62,821 nucleotides of DNA, from positions 1 through 62,821 of the forward strand of contig JBKOZJ010000015.1 of the NCBI GenBank assembly GCA_046725875.1, in the 5' to 3' direction. The position numbers and the translations under genes were made by a program. Below the pieces are notes generated by a model. That model was not told the DNA's origin. It saw only the letters and a program-made list of their open reading frames with translations, and made no database searches. Of the stretch, positions 47,864 to 57,458 are shown piece by piece; position 1 is the first letter of the stretch; the number at the start of each line of letters is the position of its first letter. The stretch is from Actinomycetota bacterium. GTDB taxonomy: Bacteria; Actinomycetota; Actinomycetes; JAKEEW01.

Positions 47864-48826
47864 TCAGGGCTGGTTGGGGCTAGGGCGATACCACGGGCCA
47901 ACCGTACGCAAGGCATGTTGCAGGGCGCCGAGCAGCTCGACCCGTACTCCAACGGTCCCTTCGGCGCTCGGCTCTGACGCTTTCATCCCGGAGGCGTACC
48001 ACCGCGGCGAGAAGGGCGGCCCGGAGTCTCCCAGCCGCGCCCGGACCCCCAGCAGCAACTGCGCGTGAAGCGCGCGCAGATACGCGACGGTGTTCGTGAC
48101 TTGGGCCGGTGTCGGCCCTGGTTCGGCCTGTTTCCATGACGTGGCGAGGCGCTCCACCCACGGACCGAGCAGCGCCATGTCGACGACGTTGCGGTGCAGC
48201 AGCGCCATGGTGGCGTACGCAAGGCGATCGTCCTCCTGTTGCGTGAACACGTAGCCGGTCGGTTCGAGCAGTCGGTCGGCGATCGCGTCGAGGATGACCA
48301 TGAGCCCGCCCTCGTCGAGGTGGCGGGACCGAGCCAGCGCGCCGATGAAATCCGCGCCATGCGCGACGGCGTGGGCCCACCCGGACTTTGGGACGAAACC
48401 GCGCAGGTCGCGCTCCCGTACGAACCATCCCAGCCCTTGGTCGCCCCACCGCAGCACAGTCGTGGGGTGTACGCCGTGAATCATATTGTCCCTGTTCAGC
48501 ACGGCAGCCAGGACGAGGATCGAGTAGCTGCGGCGGAAGACGCTCTTGGTGTCGTCTTCCCCCAGACCTACCGTCAGGCCCTCGCACATCCCGTCGCCGA
48601 CCCCACTGAGCAGGTCGTCGTACACACCACGCCCGATCCACCCGGCGAAGATCTGGAAGGCGAGCTCCTCCCGAAGGCGCGGATCCGTCTCGCCCAGCAG
48701 CTCGACGAGCTCGACAGTGAGGTCGTCAAGGGGCCGGTCATCTGGTACGGCAAAGCCGTCTTCGACGACCTTCTGCCAGTAGCTGGCGTCCGTTGCGGTG
48801 CGCGTCACTGATCTCTTCCTGCTCAC
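47864..48826 (-). CDS. DUF2785 domain protein
   Basis: VFRRSYS.L, ERDLRGF....GWAHAVAHGAD, EDDRLA. Confidence 0.85.
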   Translation of the reverse strand: MSRKRSVTRTATDASYWQKVVEDGFAVPDDRPLDDLTVELVELLGETDPRLREELAFQIFAGWIGRGVYDDLLSGVGDGMCEGLTVGLGEDDTKSVFRRSYSILVLAAVLNRDNMIHGVHPTTVLRWGDQGLGWFVRERDLRGFVPKSGWAHAVAHGADFIGALARSRHLDEGGLMVILDAIADRLLEPTGYVFTQQEDDRLAYATMALLHRNVVDMALLGPWVERLATSWKQAEPGPTPAQVTNTVAYLRALHAQLLLGVRARLGDSGPPFSPRWYASGMKASEPSAEGTVGVRVELLGALQHALRTVGPWYRPSPNQP

Positions 48827-48932
48827 GGAGACAACTGAGCTCGCCGTATCATCCCAAACCTAATGTCGCGTCGGGGGGTGTCCGACTCCCGTAACCGCGA
48901 CTCCCTGTGCAACCTCCTCCTAGGCTTCTTGC

Positions 48933-50393
48933 GTGCCCTCGTTGAATGACCTGGTCCGCCAGCGCACCCAGCTATCCGAAGACGACCTAGAGTGGCTGCA
49001 CCTGCTGGTCGCGGACTGGCAACTGCTGGCGGATCTCTCGTTCGCCGACTTGGTTCTTTGGGTGCCGACCAGACGCGGCGACGGATATGTCGCAGTTGCC
49101 CAGATGAGACCGACCACGGGCCCGACTGCCTATCTCGACGACATCGTCGCGACAGAGGTGCCGCGCGGGCGGAGACCCATGATCGATACCGCGCTCGACG
49201 AGGCCAGGATCGTGCGGGAGGGTGACCCCGAGTGGCGAGACGATGTGCCGGTGCGGGTGGAGGCCATCCCGGTACGCCGGCAGGACAAGATCATCGCGGT
49301 GATCGGAAGGAACACAAACCTCATCGGCGTACGCACCCCCAGCCGACTCGAGCTGACCTACCTGCAATGCGCGACCGACCTGGCGAAGATGATCGCGGCC
49401 GGACGATTCCCGCAGCGGGACGCTCCCGTCGACCTGGACTCGGCGCCGCGGGTGGGTGACGGCCTCCTGCGTCTCGATGCTCAGGGGGTCGTTTCGTACG
49501 CGAGCCCGAACGCACTGTCGGCGTTCCGTCGGCTCGGCCACGCTGGAGATCTCGTCGGCGCCCATCTGGGCAAGACGGTCGCGACGATTGCCCGCAGATC
49601 CGGCCCTGTCGACGAGGCAGTCGAGGTGGTCGCGAGCGGCCGGGCACCGCGCGAGATCGAGGTCGAGCGCAATGAAGCAGTGGTGAAGCTACGGGCCATT
49701 CCGCTAACCCCCGACGCCAGCCGGGTCGGCGCGCTCGTGTTGGCCCACGACGTCACCGAGCTGCGGCGGCGGGAGCGCGAGCTGCTGACAAAGGACGCCA
49801 CCATCAAGGAGATCCACCACCGGGTGAAGAATAATCTCCAGACCGTGGCCGCGCTGCTCCGCCTCCAGGCCCGCCGACTCGACGAGCGGTCTGCGAGATC
49901 GGCGTTGGAAGAAGCGGTCAGACGGGTCGGCTCTATCGCGATCGTGCACGAAACGCTGTCGCTGTCCGTCGACGAGGTGGTGGCATTTGACCAGGTGGCC
50001 GACCGCATCCTGGCCATGGTCGCCGAGGTGTCTGGCGCCACCGCAGAGATCGAGATCGTCCGAGACGGCGAGTTCGGCACGCTGGCCTCCGAGGCTGCCA
50101 CGCCGCTCGCTATGGTCCTCACCGAGCTTGCGCAGAACTCCTTCGAGCACGGCCTGGCCGGCCGCATGGGGAAGCTCGAGGTCAGCGCGAGCAGGTCGGT
50201 AGGCCGGCTTCGCATGGTGGTGGCCGACGACGGGCGCGGCCTGCCACCGGGGTTCGACCCCGAGGTCGCCGGCAATCTTGGCCTGCAGATCGTCCGGACT
50301 CTTGTCGTGGGGGAGCTCGGCGGTCAGCTCGATATGGGGGAGGGCCTGGGCGGTGGCACCCGAGTGATCGTCGATCTCCCGCTTCGCACCTGA
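48933..50393 (+). CDS. pdtaS: Cytoplasmic sensor histidine kinase (PdtaS-type)
   Basis: WQLLADLSFADL, RPTTGPT, EIHHRVKNNLQ, LGLQIVRTLV. Confidence 0.92.
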   Translation: MPSLNDLVRQRTQLSEDDLEWLHLLVADWQLLADLSFADLVLWVPTRRGDGYVAVAQMRPTTGPTAYLDDIVATEVPRGRRPMIDTALDEARIVREGDPEWRDDVPVRVEAIPVRRQDKIIAVIGRNTNLIGVRTPSRLELTYLQCATDLAKMIAAGRFPQRDAPVDLDSAPRVGDGLLRLDAQGVVSYASPNALSAFRRLGHAGDLVGAHLGKTVATIARRSGPVDEAVEVVASGRAPREIEVERNEAVVKLRAIPLTPDASRVGALVLAHDVTELRRRERELLTKDATIKEIHHRVKNNLQTVAALLRLQARRLDERSARSALEEAVRRVGSIAIVHETLSLSVDEVVAFDQVADRILAMVAEVSGATAEIEIVRDGEFGTLASEAATPLAMVLTELAQNSFEHGLAGRMGKLEVSASRSVGRLRMVVADDGRGLPPGFDPEVAGNLGLQIVRTLVVGELGGQLDMGEGLGGGTRVIVDLPLRT

Positions 50394-50463
50394 TCTGAGG
50401 CGGTTCCATCGGCAGCTATGAGTTGGCGGAGATCTGCCTAGGCGTAAACGCCGATCCGCCCAA

Positions 50464-50536
50464 GGCGGCGGGTGCAAAGACCCCGCCGGCGCGGGGCGGC
50501 GGGTGCCAAAGACCCCGCCGCGGGGCGGCGGGGTCT
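50464..50536 (-). terminator. Tandemly duplicated GC hairpin terminator downstream of whiB1
   Basis: AGACCCCGCCG/CGGCGGGGTCT stem; ~31-bp unit GGCGGCGGGTGC(C)AAAGACCCCGCCG present twice. Confidence 0.7.
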
Positions 50537-50561
50537 GGTTTAAACCATGGCGTGATGGGGG

Positions 50562-50813
50562 TTATGCGGTTCGGGCGCGCGCCCTCGCATTACGGCGCTT
50601 CAGTGCGCGCCGCTCGTCCTCACTCGTTCCACCCCATACCCCAGCGTCTTGACCGGTCTCCAGCGCCCACGCGAGGCACTCATCGATTACTGAGCAACGG
50701 CGGCAGACCGCCTTTGCCTCCTCGATCTGCAGCAGCGCGGGGCCGGTGTTGCCGATCGGGAAGAACAGCTCAGGGTCCTCATCACGGCACGCAGCGCGGT
50801 GGCGCCAGTCCAT
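50562..50813 (-). CDS. whiB1: WhiB1/WblE Fe-S transcription factor
   Basis: MDWRHRAACRDEDPELFFPIGNTGPA, CRRC..C, GVWGG; GGAGGAG SD. Confidence 0.96.
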   Translation of the reverse strand: MDWRHRAACRDEDPELFFPIGNTGPALLQIEEAKAVCRRCSVIDECLAWALETGQDAGVWGGTSEDERRALKRRNARARARTA

Positions 50814-50872
50814 GCTGTCCCAACTCCTCCAGATCACCCGGCGCGTGCGCGCGCCGAGTCCGCGGCTTGTGA

Positions 50873-50890
50873 TTGTGAACGCAATCACGA
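50873..50890. promoter_or_regulatory. Rex-operator-like (also CRP-like) site upstream of whiB1
   Basis: TTGTGAA-CGCA-ATCACGA versus Rex consensus TTGTGAA-N4-TTCACAA. Confidence 0.65.
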
Positions 50891-51220
50891 ACCCACCATT
50901 TCCCTGACACCGGCGGTAAAACTGTGCACGGGATTCATGGCGGACGTCATCGGTGCGCCTCGCGCAAGCAAGGCCCACCGAACGCCAGACACGAGGCTTT
51001 CAAACGTGGAAGCGGGGCACAAGCCCTTCGCGGAAGGTTTTTCGGTTCCAGGGGTGTCTACTTCGTCACAGGCTGAGCTTGTGAGGCGGAGTCGCCATCG
51101 TTCCTTCGATCCGCAGATCGACGGGGTCTCTGAGCAAGGGGGATTACCCCGGTTGGAGTACCGCGGGGGTCGGCCGGACGCGCCGGATAGTCCTGCTGGG
51201 GCGGTCTGTAAGCTCACCGA

Positions 51221-51601
51221 GTGCCAACCCGTACACGGTCTGTCGCCCTCTCCCTGACCGCACTGATCGTTGCCGCACAGGGGGTGGCAACGCTTGCGCT
51301 CGGTCTCGGCTTGATGATCCAAAGCGTCGTCGGCAATCCCGACAGCCGGGCCGCAGCGATGCTGATCGGAGTCCTGTCGCTGCTTGGCGGTGCCGGGCTG
51401 GTGCTGTGCTCATGGGGGCTCCAGCGCGGCCGGCGGTGGAGCCGCGCGCCGGCGCTGGTGTGGCTGCTCCTGATGGTGCCGGTCGGCTGGTATCAGGTGC
51501 AGGGCGGCCTGCGCTGGGTGGGCCTTCCGCTCACGCTCCTCTCAGCGCTCGGCATTCTGCTCCTCCTGATACCGGCGAGCACCGAAGCGCTGCGCGACTA
51601 G
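51221..51601 (+). CDS. Conserved 4-TM membrane protein
   Basis: Hydrophobic; RGRRWSRAP...LL..PVGW pattern; syntenic position next to whiB1. Confidence 0.8.
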   Translation: MPTRTRSVALSLTALIVAAQGVATLALGLGLMIQSVVGNPDSRAAAMLIGVLSLLGGAGLVLCSWGLQRGRRWSRAPALVWLLLMVPVGWYQVQGGLRWVGLPLTLLSALGILLLLIPASTEALRD

Positions 51602-51635
51602 AACCCAACGAGGCCGAAGCCGAAGGCAAGATCTT

Positions 51636-52427
51636 CTATTCGTCGATCATCAGGTCGTCACGAAGCTGCGCGAGTGTCCGGGCCAGCAGCCGAGATACGT
51701 GCATCTGCGAAATGCCGATTTCCTCGGCGATCTGGGACTGGGTCATATTGCCGAAGAACCGCAGTAGGAGAATCTTCTTCTCGCGCGGCGGCAGCTTCGC
51801 CAGCAGCGGCTTGAGCGACTCGCGGTACTCGACGCCCTCCAGCTCCTCGTCCTCGGCACCGAGCGAGTCGGCGACTACGGGGGAGTCCTGCTCGCCCTGC
51901 TCCGGTACGTCCAGGGACAGAGTGCTGTAGGCGTTGGCGGACTCCAGCCCCTCGAGGACCTCTTCCTCGCTGAGCTTGAGGTGGACGGCCAGCTCGCCGA
52001 CGGTCGGCGCGCGGCCGTTCCGCTGGGAGAGTTCCGCGGTTGCGCTGGTAAGCGAGAGGCGCAGCTCCTGCAGCCGGCGGGGAACGCGGACCGCCCAGCC
52101 CTTGTCCCGGAAGTGCCGCTTGATCTCGCCGACGATCGTGGGTGTGGCGTAGGTCGAGAACTCCACACCACGCTCCGCGTCGAAGCGGTCCACTGATTTG
52201 ATCAATCCGATGGTCGCGACCTGGATCAAGTCATCCAGCGGCTCGCCCCGGTTGCGGAACCGGCGAGCCAGGTGCTCGACAAGCGGGAGGTGTATCTCGA
52301 CCAGCTTCTCCCGGATCGCGCCCCACTCGGGCGAGCCGTGCTCGACGCTCGACAGTCGGGTGAAGAGGTCGCGAGCGCCGGCCCGATCCTGGCCGTACTC
52401 CGCCCCCAGATTGAGCTCGTACGTCAC
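51636..52427 (-). CDS. SigB/SigF-family sigma factor
   Basis: DLIQVATIGLIKSVDRFD, YATPTIVGEIKRHFRD, GISQMHVSRLL. Confidence 0.95.
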   Translation of the reverse strand: MTYELNLGAEYGQDRAGARDLFTRLSSVEHGSPEWGAIREKLVEIHLPLVEHLARRFRNRGEPLDDLIQVATIGLIKSVDRFDAERGVEFSTYATPTIVGEIKRHFRDKGWAVRVPRRLQELRLSLTSATAELSQRNGRAPTVGELAVHLKLSEEEVLEGLESANAYSTLSLDVPEQGEQDSPVVADSLGAEDEELEGVEYRESLKPLLAKLPPREKKILLLRFFGNMTQSQIAEEIGISQMHVSRLLARTLAQLRDDLMIDE

Positions 52428-52822
52428 AGCAGTCCCGTTGCGCCGCGCTTCTTGGTCATGGTGATGCTGACCCGATGATTCTCGTCGGCGTCCGCTTCCA
52501 CCTCACCAGCGAGCGCATTGAGCACGGTCCAGGCGAACGTCTCGCGCGACGGGAGCCGGCCGTCCTCGGTGGGCACCGAGACGCGAAGCACGAGCGCGTT
52601 GTCAGTCAGGTGGAAATTGCAAGTCAAGTCCCCGTTCGCGACAGCCTGCGGAAGCAGCATCGCGCACGCCTCGTCCACGGCGATCCGCAGATCCTCGATC
52701 TCGTCCAGGGTGAAGTCGAGTCTCGCGGCCAACCCAGCGGTCGCCGTGCGCAGGACGGACAGGTAGGCGCTGTCGGCCGGGAGCCGTACCTGGACGAAGT
52801 CGCCGTCGGGCCGCTGGATCAC
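52424..52822 (-). CDS. Anti-sigma factor (RsbW/PrsH-like)
   Basis: YLSVLRTATAGLAARLDFTLDEIEDLRIAVDEAC; coupled to sigma gene. Confidence 0.92.
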   Translation of the reverse strand: MIQRPDGDFVQVRLPADSAYLSVLRTATAGLAARLDFTLDEIEDLRIAVDEACAMLLPQAVANGDLTCNFHLTDNALVLRVSVPTEDGRLPSRETFAWTVLNALAGEVEADADENHRVSITMTKKRGATGLL

Positions 52823-52856
52823 CGCGTCCTCCTGTCGTTGCCTGAGTGCCGCGAGA

Positions 52857-53378
52857 CTACCGCGTTACTGTCTCGTCCGCGCCGGTAGCTGGGCCACCGG
52901 CACGGCTGCCGCCCCTGGCGAGCGCCCTCAGCGCATCGCCGGTGACGCGCTGAACCGTCCATTCATCCATGGCGATCGCGCCAATCGACCGGTAGAACTC
53001 GATGGCCGGCTCGTTCCAGTCAAGCACCCACCACTCCAATCGCCCAAAGCCTCGCTCTACGCAGATGCGGGCGAGCTCGGCGAGCAGCGCCCGCCCATGT
53101 CCCTGACCACGATTGCTCGGCTTGACGTAAAGATCTTCCAGATAGATCCCGTGCCGGCCGAGCCACGTCGAGAAGTTGAGGAACCACAGCGCGAAGCCGA
53201 CGATCTCGCCGTCGTCCTCGGCGAGCAGCGCGTGGACGCGCGGATCCGGACAGAAGAGGGCCTCCTGCAGGAGGCCCTCGGTGGTCTCAACCGCACCAGG
53301 AGCTCGCTCATAATCTGCCAGCTCCTTGATGAGCTGAAGGATCGTCGGTACGTCCTCCGGGCGAGCCGATCGGATCAC
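52857..53378 (-). CDS. GNAT N-acetyltransferase (SSAT-like)
   Basis: FSTWLG.HGIYLEDLYV, RGQGHG, VLDWNEPAIEFY. Confidence 0.92.
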   Translation of the reverse strand: MIRSARPEDVPTILQLIKELADYERAPGAVETTEGLLQEALFCPDPRVHALLAEDDGEIVGFALWFLNFSTWLGRHGIYLEDLYVKPSNRGQGHGRALLAELARICVERGFGRLEWWVLDWNEPAIEFYRSIGAIAMDEWTVQRVTGDALRALARGGSRAGGPATGADETVTR

Positions 53379-53480
53379 CCAGGCAGGTTATCTCGGTGCC
53401 CCGCAAGGTCTTGATCGCGTTGCCCAGACTGTGCAGGGTCCCTGGTGGATCCCTGCGCGCAGGGCCACCATTCCGTCGAG

Positions 53481-53882
53481 CTAAGCCTGCTTGGTCTCCC
53501 AGAAGATTTTGTCGATTTGCGCGATCTTGTCGAGGAGCTGCTGGGCGACGTTCGGGTCCACGGTTCCCTTGCCGCCGGCGGAGCCGGCGAGCTTCGTGGC
53601 CTCATTGAAGAGCTGGTGGAGCTGTGGGTAGGCCTCGAAGTGGGTCGGCTTGAAGTAGTCGGTCCACAGCACCCAAAGGTGCTCCTTGACAAGCTGTGCG
53701 CGCTGCTCCTTGATGATCAATGCTCGGGTGCGGTACACCTCGTCATCGCTGCCCTGGTACTTCTCGCAGATGGCCTTGACCGACTCGGCCTCGATGCGGG
53801 CCTGGGCCGGGTCGTAAACGCCACACGGTAGGTCGCAGTGGGCGTGGACGGACACGGGACGGAACAGGCGGGAGATCCGCAT
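53481..53882 (-). CDS. sodN: Nickel superoxide dismutase precursor
   Basis: Ni-hook HCDLPCGVYDP after short propeptide. Confidence 0.97.
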   Translation of the reverse strand: MRISRLFRPVSVHAHCDLPCGVYDPAQARIEAESVKAICEKYQGSDDEVYRTRALIIKEQRAQLVKEHLWVLWTDYFKPTHFEAYPQLHQLFNEATKLAGSAGGKGTVDPNVAQQLLDKIAQIDKIFWETKQA

Positions 53883-53990
53883 TTGCACGACCCCTCTCCA
53901 CGGGTGAAGTCTTCGACTCGGAGCCTCCGGCACTCCTCTCGCCGCCGGCTCCGCACACTTTCGGACATTACTCCGCAGGGAAGGCCGGCC

Positions 53991-54311
53991 ATGGGCTGGG
54001 GGACGGCGATCGTGCGCGGTCGGTCGATGCTGCCGACGCTGCGCGATGGCGACCTGCTCCTCGTACGCTATGGCGGCCGGCCACGGTCCGGGTCGCTGGT
54101 GGTTGTCCGCCTCCCCGAAGGCCGCCCTCTCTCGGTGAAGCGCGCCGCCCATTCCACACCGGACGGCTGGTGGGTGGAGCGGGACAACCAGGCGGAGGGG
54201 GTCGACTCGTGGCTCGTCGGGGCTGTGCCGGCCGCTGACCTAGTGGCCGTCGCGGTTGCCAGGCTCTGGCCTCGCCCGCGACTACTTCGCCCGCGACCGC
54301 GCCGCCGTTGA
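53991..54311 (+). CDS. sodX: Ni-SOD maturation peptidase (S26-like)
   Basis: VRGRSMLPTL.DGD, VKR, DN....DS; divergent from sodN. Confidence 0.88.
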   Translation: MGWGTAIVRGRSMLPTLRDGDLLLVRYGGRPRSGSLVVVRLPEGRPLSVKRAAHSTPDGWWVERDNQAEGVDSWLVGAVPAADLVAVAVARLWPRPRLLRPRPRRR

Positions 54312-54373
54312 CCCGCAAATCTTGTCCGGAGGACAGGCTTCGCCCTGCACCTGGTCTGATCAGCTGTCGGGCG

Positions 54374-54937
54374 TCACGGGACGGGCAGCGCGGCCTGTTC
54401 GCGCCGGCGCTGGCGGTAGGCCGCGACGTTCGCGCGCGTCGCGCAGCGGTCCGAGCAGTACCGGCGGGACTGGTTGGTTGACGTGTCGAGGAAGACCTGC
54501 CGGCACGGCGGCGCCTGGCAGATGCCGAGCCGGCTTACCCCGCACTCAGTGCAGAACACCGCCAGGCCCATCACGGCCCCGGCCGCGTAAGAGGCGGTCA
54601 CCGTAGGTGCTCCCTCGGCGAGGTGGAGATGCCAGTCGCTGTCGTCGTGGCCGGAGATCTGCGGCTGCACTGGGTAATCCCGGAGCAACGCATTGAGCAT
54701 CTCGACTGCACGGGCCGAATCACCGGAGTCAGCGGCCTCGAAGACGGCGCGCAGCTTGCTCCGGACCCTGCGGAGGGCGATCAAATCCCGGTCGGTTGCC
54801 TTCGCTAGCCAAACGGGGTGGTCACGGAGGAAGTCGCAGAGCGTGTCGAGCGTCGCCAGCCGGTCGCGTTCGGGGTGGATCGTATCGGCCGTGTTAACCA
54901 GCCGCGCAGCGCGCTCGGAGTACGAGGTGAGCTCCAC
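54374..54937 (-). CDS. CGNR zinc-finger/ABATE domain protein
   Basis: CQAPPC..VFLDTS.N.SRRYCSDRCATR. Confidence 0.9.
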   Translation of the reverse strand: MELTSYSERAARLVNTADTIHPERDRLATLDTLCDFLRDHPVWLAKATDRDLIALRRVRSKLRAVFEAADSGDSARAVEMLNALLRDYPVQPQISGHDDSDWHLHLAEGAPTVTASYAAGAVMGLAVFCTECGVSRLGICQAPPCRQVFLDTSTNQSRRYCSDRCATRANVAAYRQRRREQAALPVP

Positions 54938-55300
54938 TTTCCACTCCCGGGTACGGATTCCGCACTAAAGGTACGTTCCCACGACGGCACGAGGGAAGTG
55001 ACCAGGTGAACTCGGGCGAAGCCGGCCATCGATTGTCCGACAATCCGTACCGACCAGCCAATATTGATCACAACAGGATCGGACGACCGCCACCCGTCGG
55101 TCTGTTCTGAGCATTGGGTCACAGGCGGGCTGGCCCGGCTAGGACGCTGCTGAACAACACCACCCTGCTGCGCGACGACCAGACGCCGCCCGGCTACGTT
55201 CTCGGTCGCCCACGTAGCGCTGCTACTTTGGGCTCCCTGCGGCCTTGCCGGATCGACGCCTGGACGCCGCTCGCGACGGGCGAGGTTATTCAGCAGCGTC

Positions 55301-55990
55301 CTAGAGGGTCATGGGCTCGGGGAGTCGCGCGCCAAGGGACACCTGCCCGCGTGCGAGGTGGTCGGTGAGCTCGGCGACAGCGTCATCCACCTCGTCCTGC
55401 TCGATGAGCTCAAGGAGCCTGGCATGCTCGGCGACCTGCTGTGGTGAGTCTTTCGAGGTCCGGGCGGCAGCGGCCATCGCCAGCCGCACATCCGCCACGA
55501 GCACGTCGGCGCATCCCGACAGCCGCCTCGACCTCAGCAGCCCGACGATCGCGCAGTGGAAGCCAAGGTGGGCGGCTACCGCTGCCTGCTGGTCCCGAAT
55601 CCGTACCGCGTTTTCGTACGAACCCAACGCAGCACGCAGCGGGAGGGTCGACGGGCGTGGCTCCTCGGTCATGGCCCGGAGGCCCGCCACCTCGAGGATC
55701 AGACGGGTACGGTAAATCTCCTCGAGGTCGGCATCCGAGAGTGAGGTCACGACCACGCCCTTGTTGTGGATGTGGCGCGCAAGTCCGTCTCGAACGAGGA
55801 TCCTCAGCGCCTCGCGGACCGTGCTGCGGCTGATACCCAGCCAGCCGGCAAGGTGTATCTCCCGTAGCGGAGTGCCCGGCTCGATCCGGCCCTCGAAAAG
55901 TGCCGCGCGAAGCTCGCTCACGGCTCGCTCCACCGCGGATGCGCCGGATTCCGCACCTCGAATGCCCCGCCTGCTCCCCGCCTGCACCAC
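55301..55990 (-). CDS. GntR-family (FCD) transcriptional regulator
   Basis: PGTPLRE..LA..LGISRSTVREAL; FH and EH FCD residues; start uncertain. Confidence 0.88.
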   Translation of the reverse strand: MVQAGSRRGIRGAESGASAVERAVSELRAALFEGRIEPGTPLREIHLAGWLGISRSTVREALRILVRDGLARHIHNKGVVVTSLSDADLEEIYRTRLILEVAGLRAMTEEPRPSTLPLRAALGSYENAVRIRDQQAAVAAHLGFHCAIVGLLRSRRLSGCADVLVADVRLAMAAAARTSKDSPQQVAEHARLLELIEQDEVDDAVAELTDHLARGQVSLGARLPEPMTL

Positions 55991-56128
55991 GGCGCCAATG
56001 ATGCCGCCTTCGCCGACGGCCCGAGCATGCAGTCCCAAACTTCGCCGACCGCATTTACCGGCTCGCGGGGAGAGCAGAGACATCGGCCGTGTTATATGCA
56101 GCTAGGGCCTCCGGCTAAGGTGCCGGTC

Positions 56129-57103
56129 ATGCTTGCAGCGGTTGCCGCCCGGTTCGCCCCCGAAGACCCGGTCTCCGCGGTGGAGATCGCCGAGCAGCCA
56201 GAGCCGGTTCCGCCAGATGAGTCATGGACGACCGTCTCCTTGCGGACGGCCTCGATCAACCAGCACGACCTGTGGACGCTGCGCGGTGTCGGCATCCGCC
56301 AAGAACAGCTCCCTATGATCCTTGGCTGTGACGGTGCGGGTGTCGACGAAGACGGTAACGAGGTCATCGTTCACGCCCTCGTCGGTGATCCGAACTGGCG
56401 CGGTGACGAGACGCTGGACCCCGCGCGTACTCTCCTGTCGGAGAAGTACCCCGGCACGTTCGCCGAGCGGGTCGCCGTGCCGCGCCGCAACCTGGTAGCT
56501 AAACCGTCCGAGCTCTCCTGGGCCGAGGCGACCTGTCTGCCGACGGCCTGGCTCACCGCGTACCGGATGTTGTTCACGAGGTCCGGTCTCCAGCCCGGGC
56601 AGACCGTCCTTGTCCAAGGAGCCGGCGGCGGCGTGGCGACCGCGCTCGTAGCGTTGGGGGCGCGAGCCGGCTTCCGGGTGTGGGCGACGACCAGGGACGC
56701 CGCCAAGGCAAAGGTGGCCACGGAGCTTGGGGCGGAGCGGACCTTCGCAAGCGGCGAGCGGCTACCCGAGCGGGTGAACGCGGTGATGGAGACGGTGGGC
56801 GCGGCCACCTGGTCGCACTCGGTTCGATCCCTCAAGCCCGGCGGCACCATCGTGGTCTCCGGCGCGACGACGGGTCCGAACCCGGAGGCGACCGAGCTGA
56901 GATCGATCTTCTACCGTCAGCTGCGGGTCATCGGCTCGACGATGGGCACCCGAGATGAGCTCGAGCAGCTCATCGCGTTCTGCCGGCAGGCCGGATTGCG
57001 ACCGCTGATCGACCACGAGTATCCGTTGGAGCGCGCTGCCGACGGCCTCACCCGGCTCGGCGACGGAAACGTAATCGGCAAGATCGTGCTCAATATCTCC
57101 TAA
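56129..57103 (+). CDS. Zinc-binding dehydrogenase/quinone oxidoreductase (MDR)
   Basis: ASINQHDLW, ILGCDGAG, VLVQGAGGGVA, IGSTMGT. Confidence 0.9.
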   Translation: MLAAVAARFAPEDPVSAVEIAEQPEPVPPDESWTTVSLRTASINQHDLWTLRGVGIRQEQLPMILGCDGAGVDEDGNEVIVHALVGDPNWRGDETLDPARTLLSEKYPGTFAERVAVPRRNLVAKPSELSWAEATCLPTAWLTAYRMLFTRSGLQPGQTVLVQGAGGGVATALVALGARAGFRVWATTRDAAKAKVATELGAERTFASGERLPERVNAVMETVGAATWSHSVRSLKPGGTIVVSGATTGPNPEATELRSIFYRQLRVIGSTMGTRDELEQLIAFCRQAGLRPLIDHEYPLERAADGLTRLGDGNVIGKIVLNIS

Positions 57104-57115
57104 CGCCAGTCCGGC

Positions 57116-57160
57116 AGAAGGGCGCCTAGCTCCAAACCGACCGGAATAAGGTGCCCTTCT
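57116..57160. terminator. Hairpin between convergent genes
   Basis: AGAAGGGCGCCT...AGGTGCCCTTCT. Confidence 0.55.
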
Positions 57161-57199
57161 ACTCCGCTCGGGCTGAAGCAAGGTGCGCGGCAACCGGGT

Positions 57200-57379
57200 C
57201 TACTCGCCGTTTTCGTCGTCGAGGCGGGCCAGCCAGGTGGCCAGACGGTCGACTGCCGTCTCGAACTCGGGGTTGAGGTCGACGAACTCGCGCAGGCGCT
57301 CGGCAACCCAGGCGAGGCTGACTTCCTCGATGCCACGGCGCGCCTCGAGCTCCTCGATGCCCCGATCTGTGAAGTACAT
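57200..57379 (-). CDS. DUF6104-like 59-aa protein (absent from ORF track)
   Basis: MYFTDRGIEELEARRGIEEVSLAWVAERLREFVDLNPEFETAVDRLATWLARLDDENGE, directly downstream of kgd. Confidence 0.88.
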   Translation of the reverse strand: MYFTDRGIEELEARRGIEEVSLAWVAERLREFVDLNPEFETAVDRLATWLARLDDENGE

Positions 57380-57458
57380 CGCGCGTCAGGCGGATGGCAG
57401 GGCGATGATTGGGGTGCCCGCCGCGGGCATCCGGCCAATGCGCAGCAGGGCGAACAAA

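Noticed and set aside
55114..55368. Coding-looking 84-aa ORF between CGNR and GntR genes
   Set aside because: No SD or recognisable domain and overlaps the GntR 3' end; at most a remnant.
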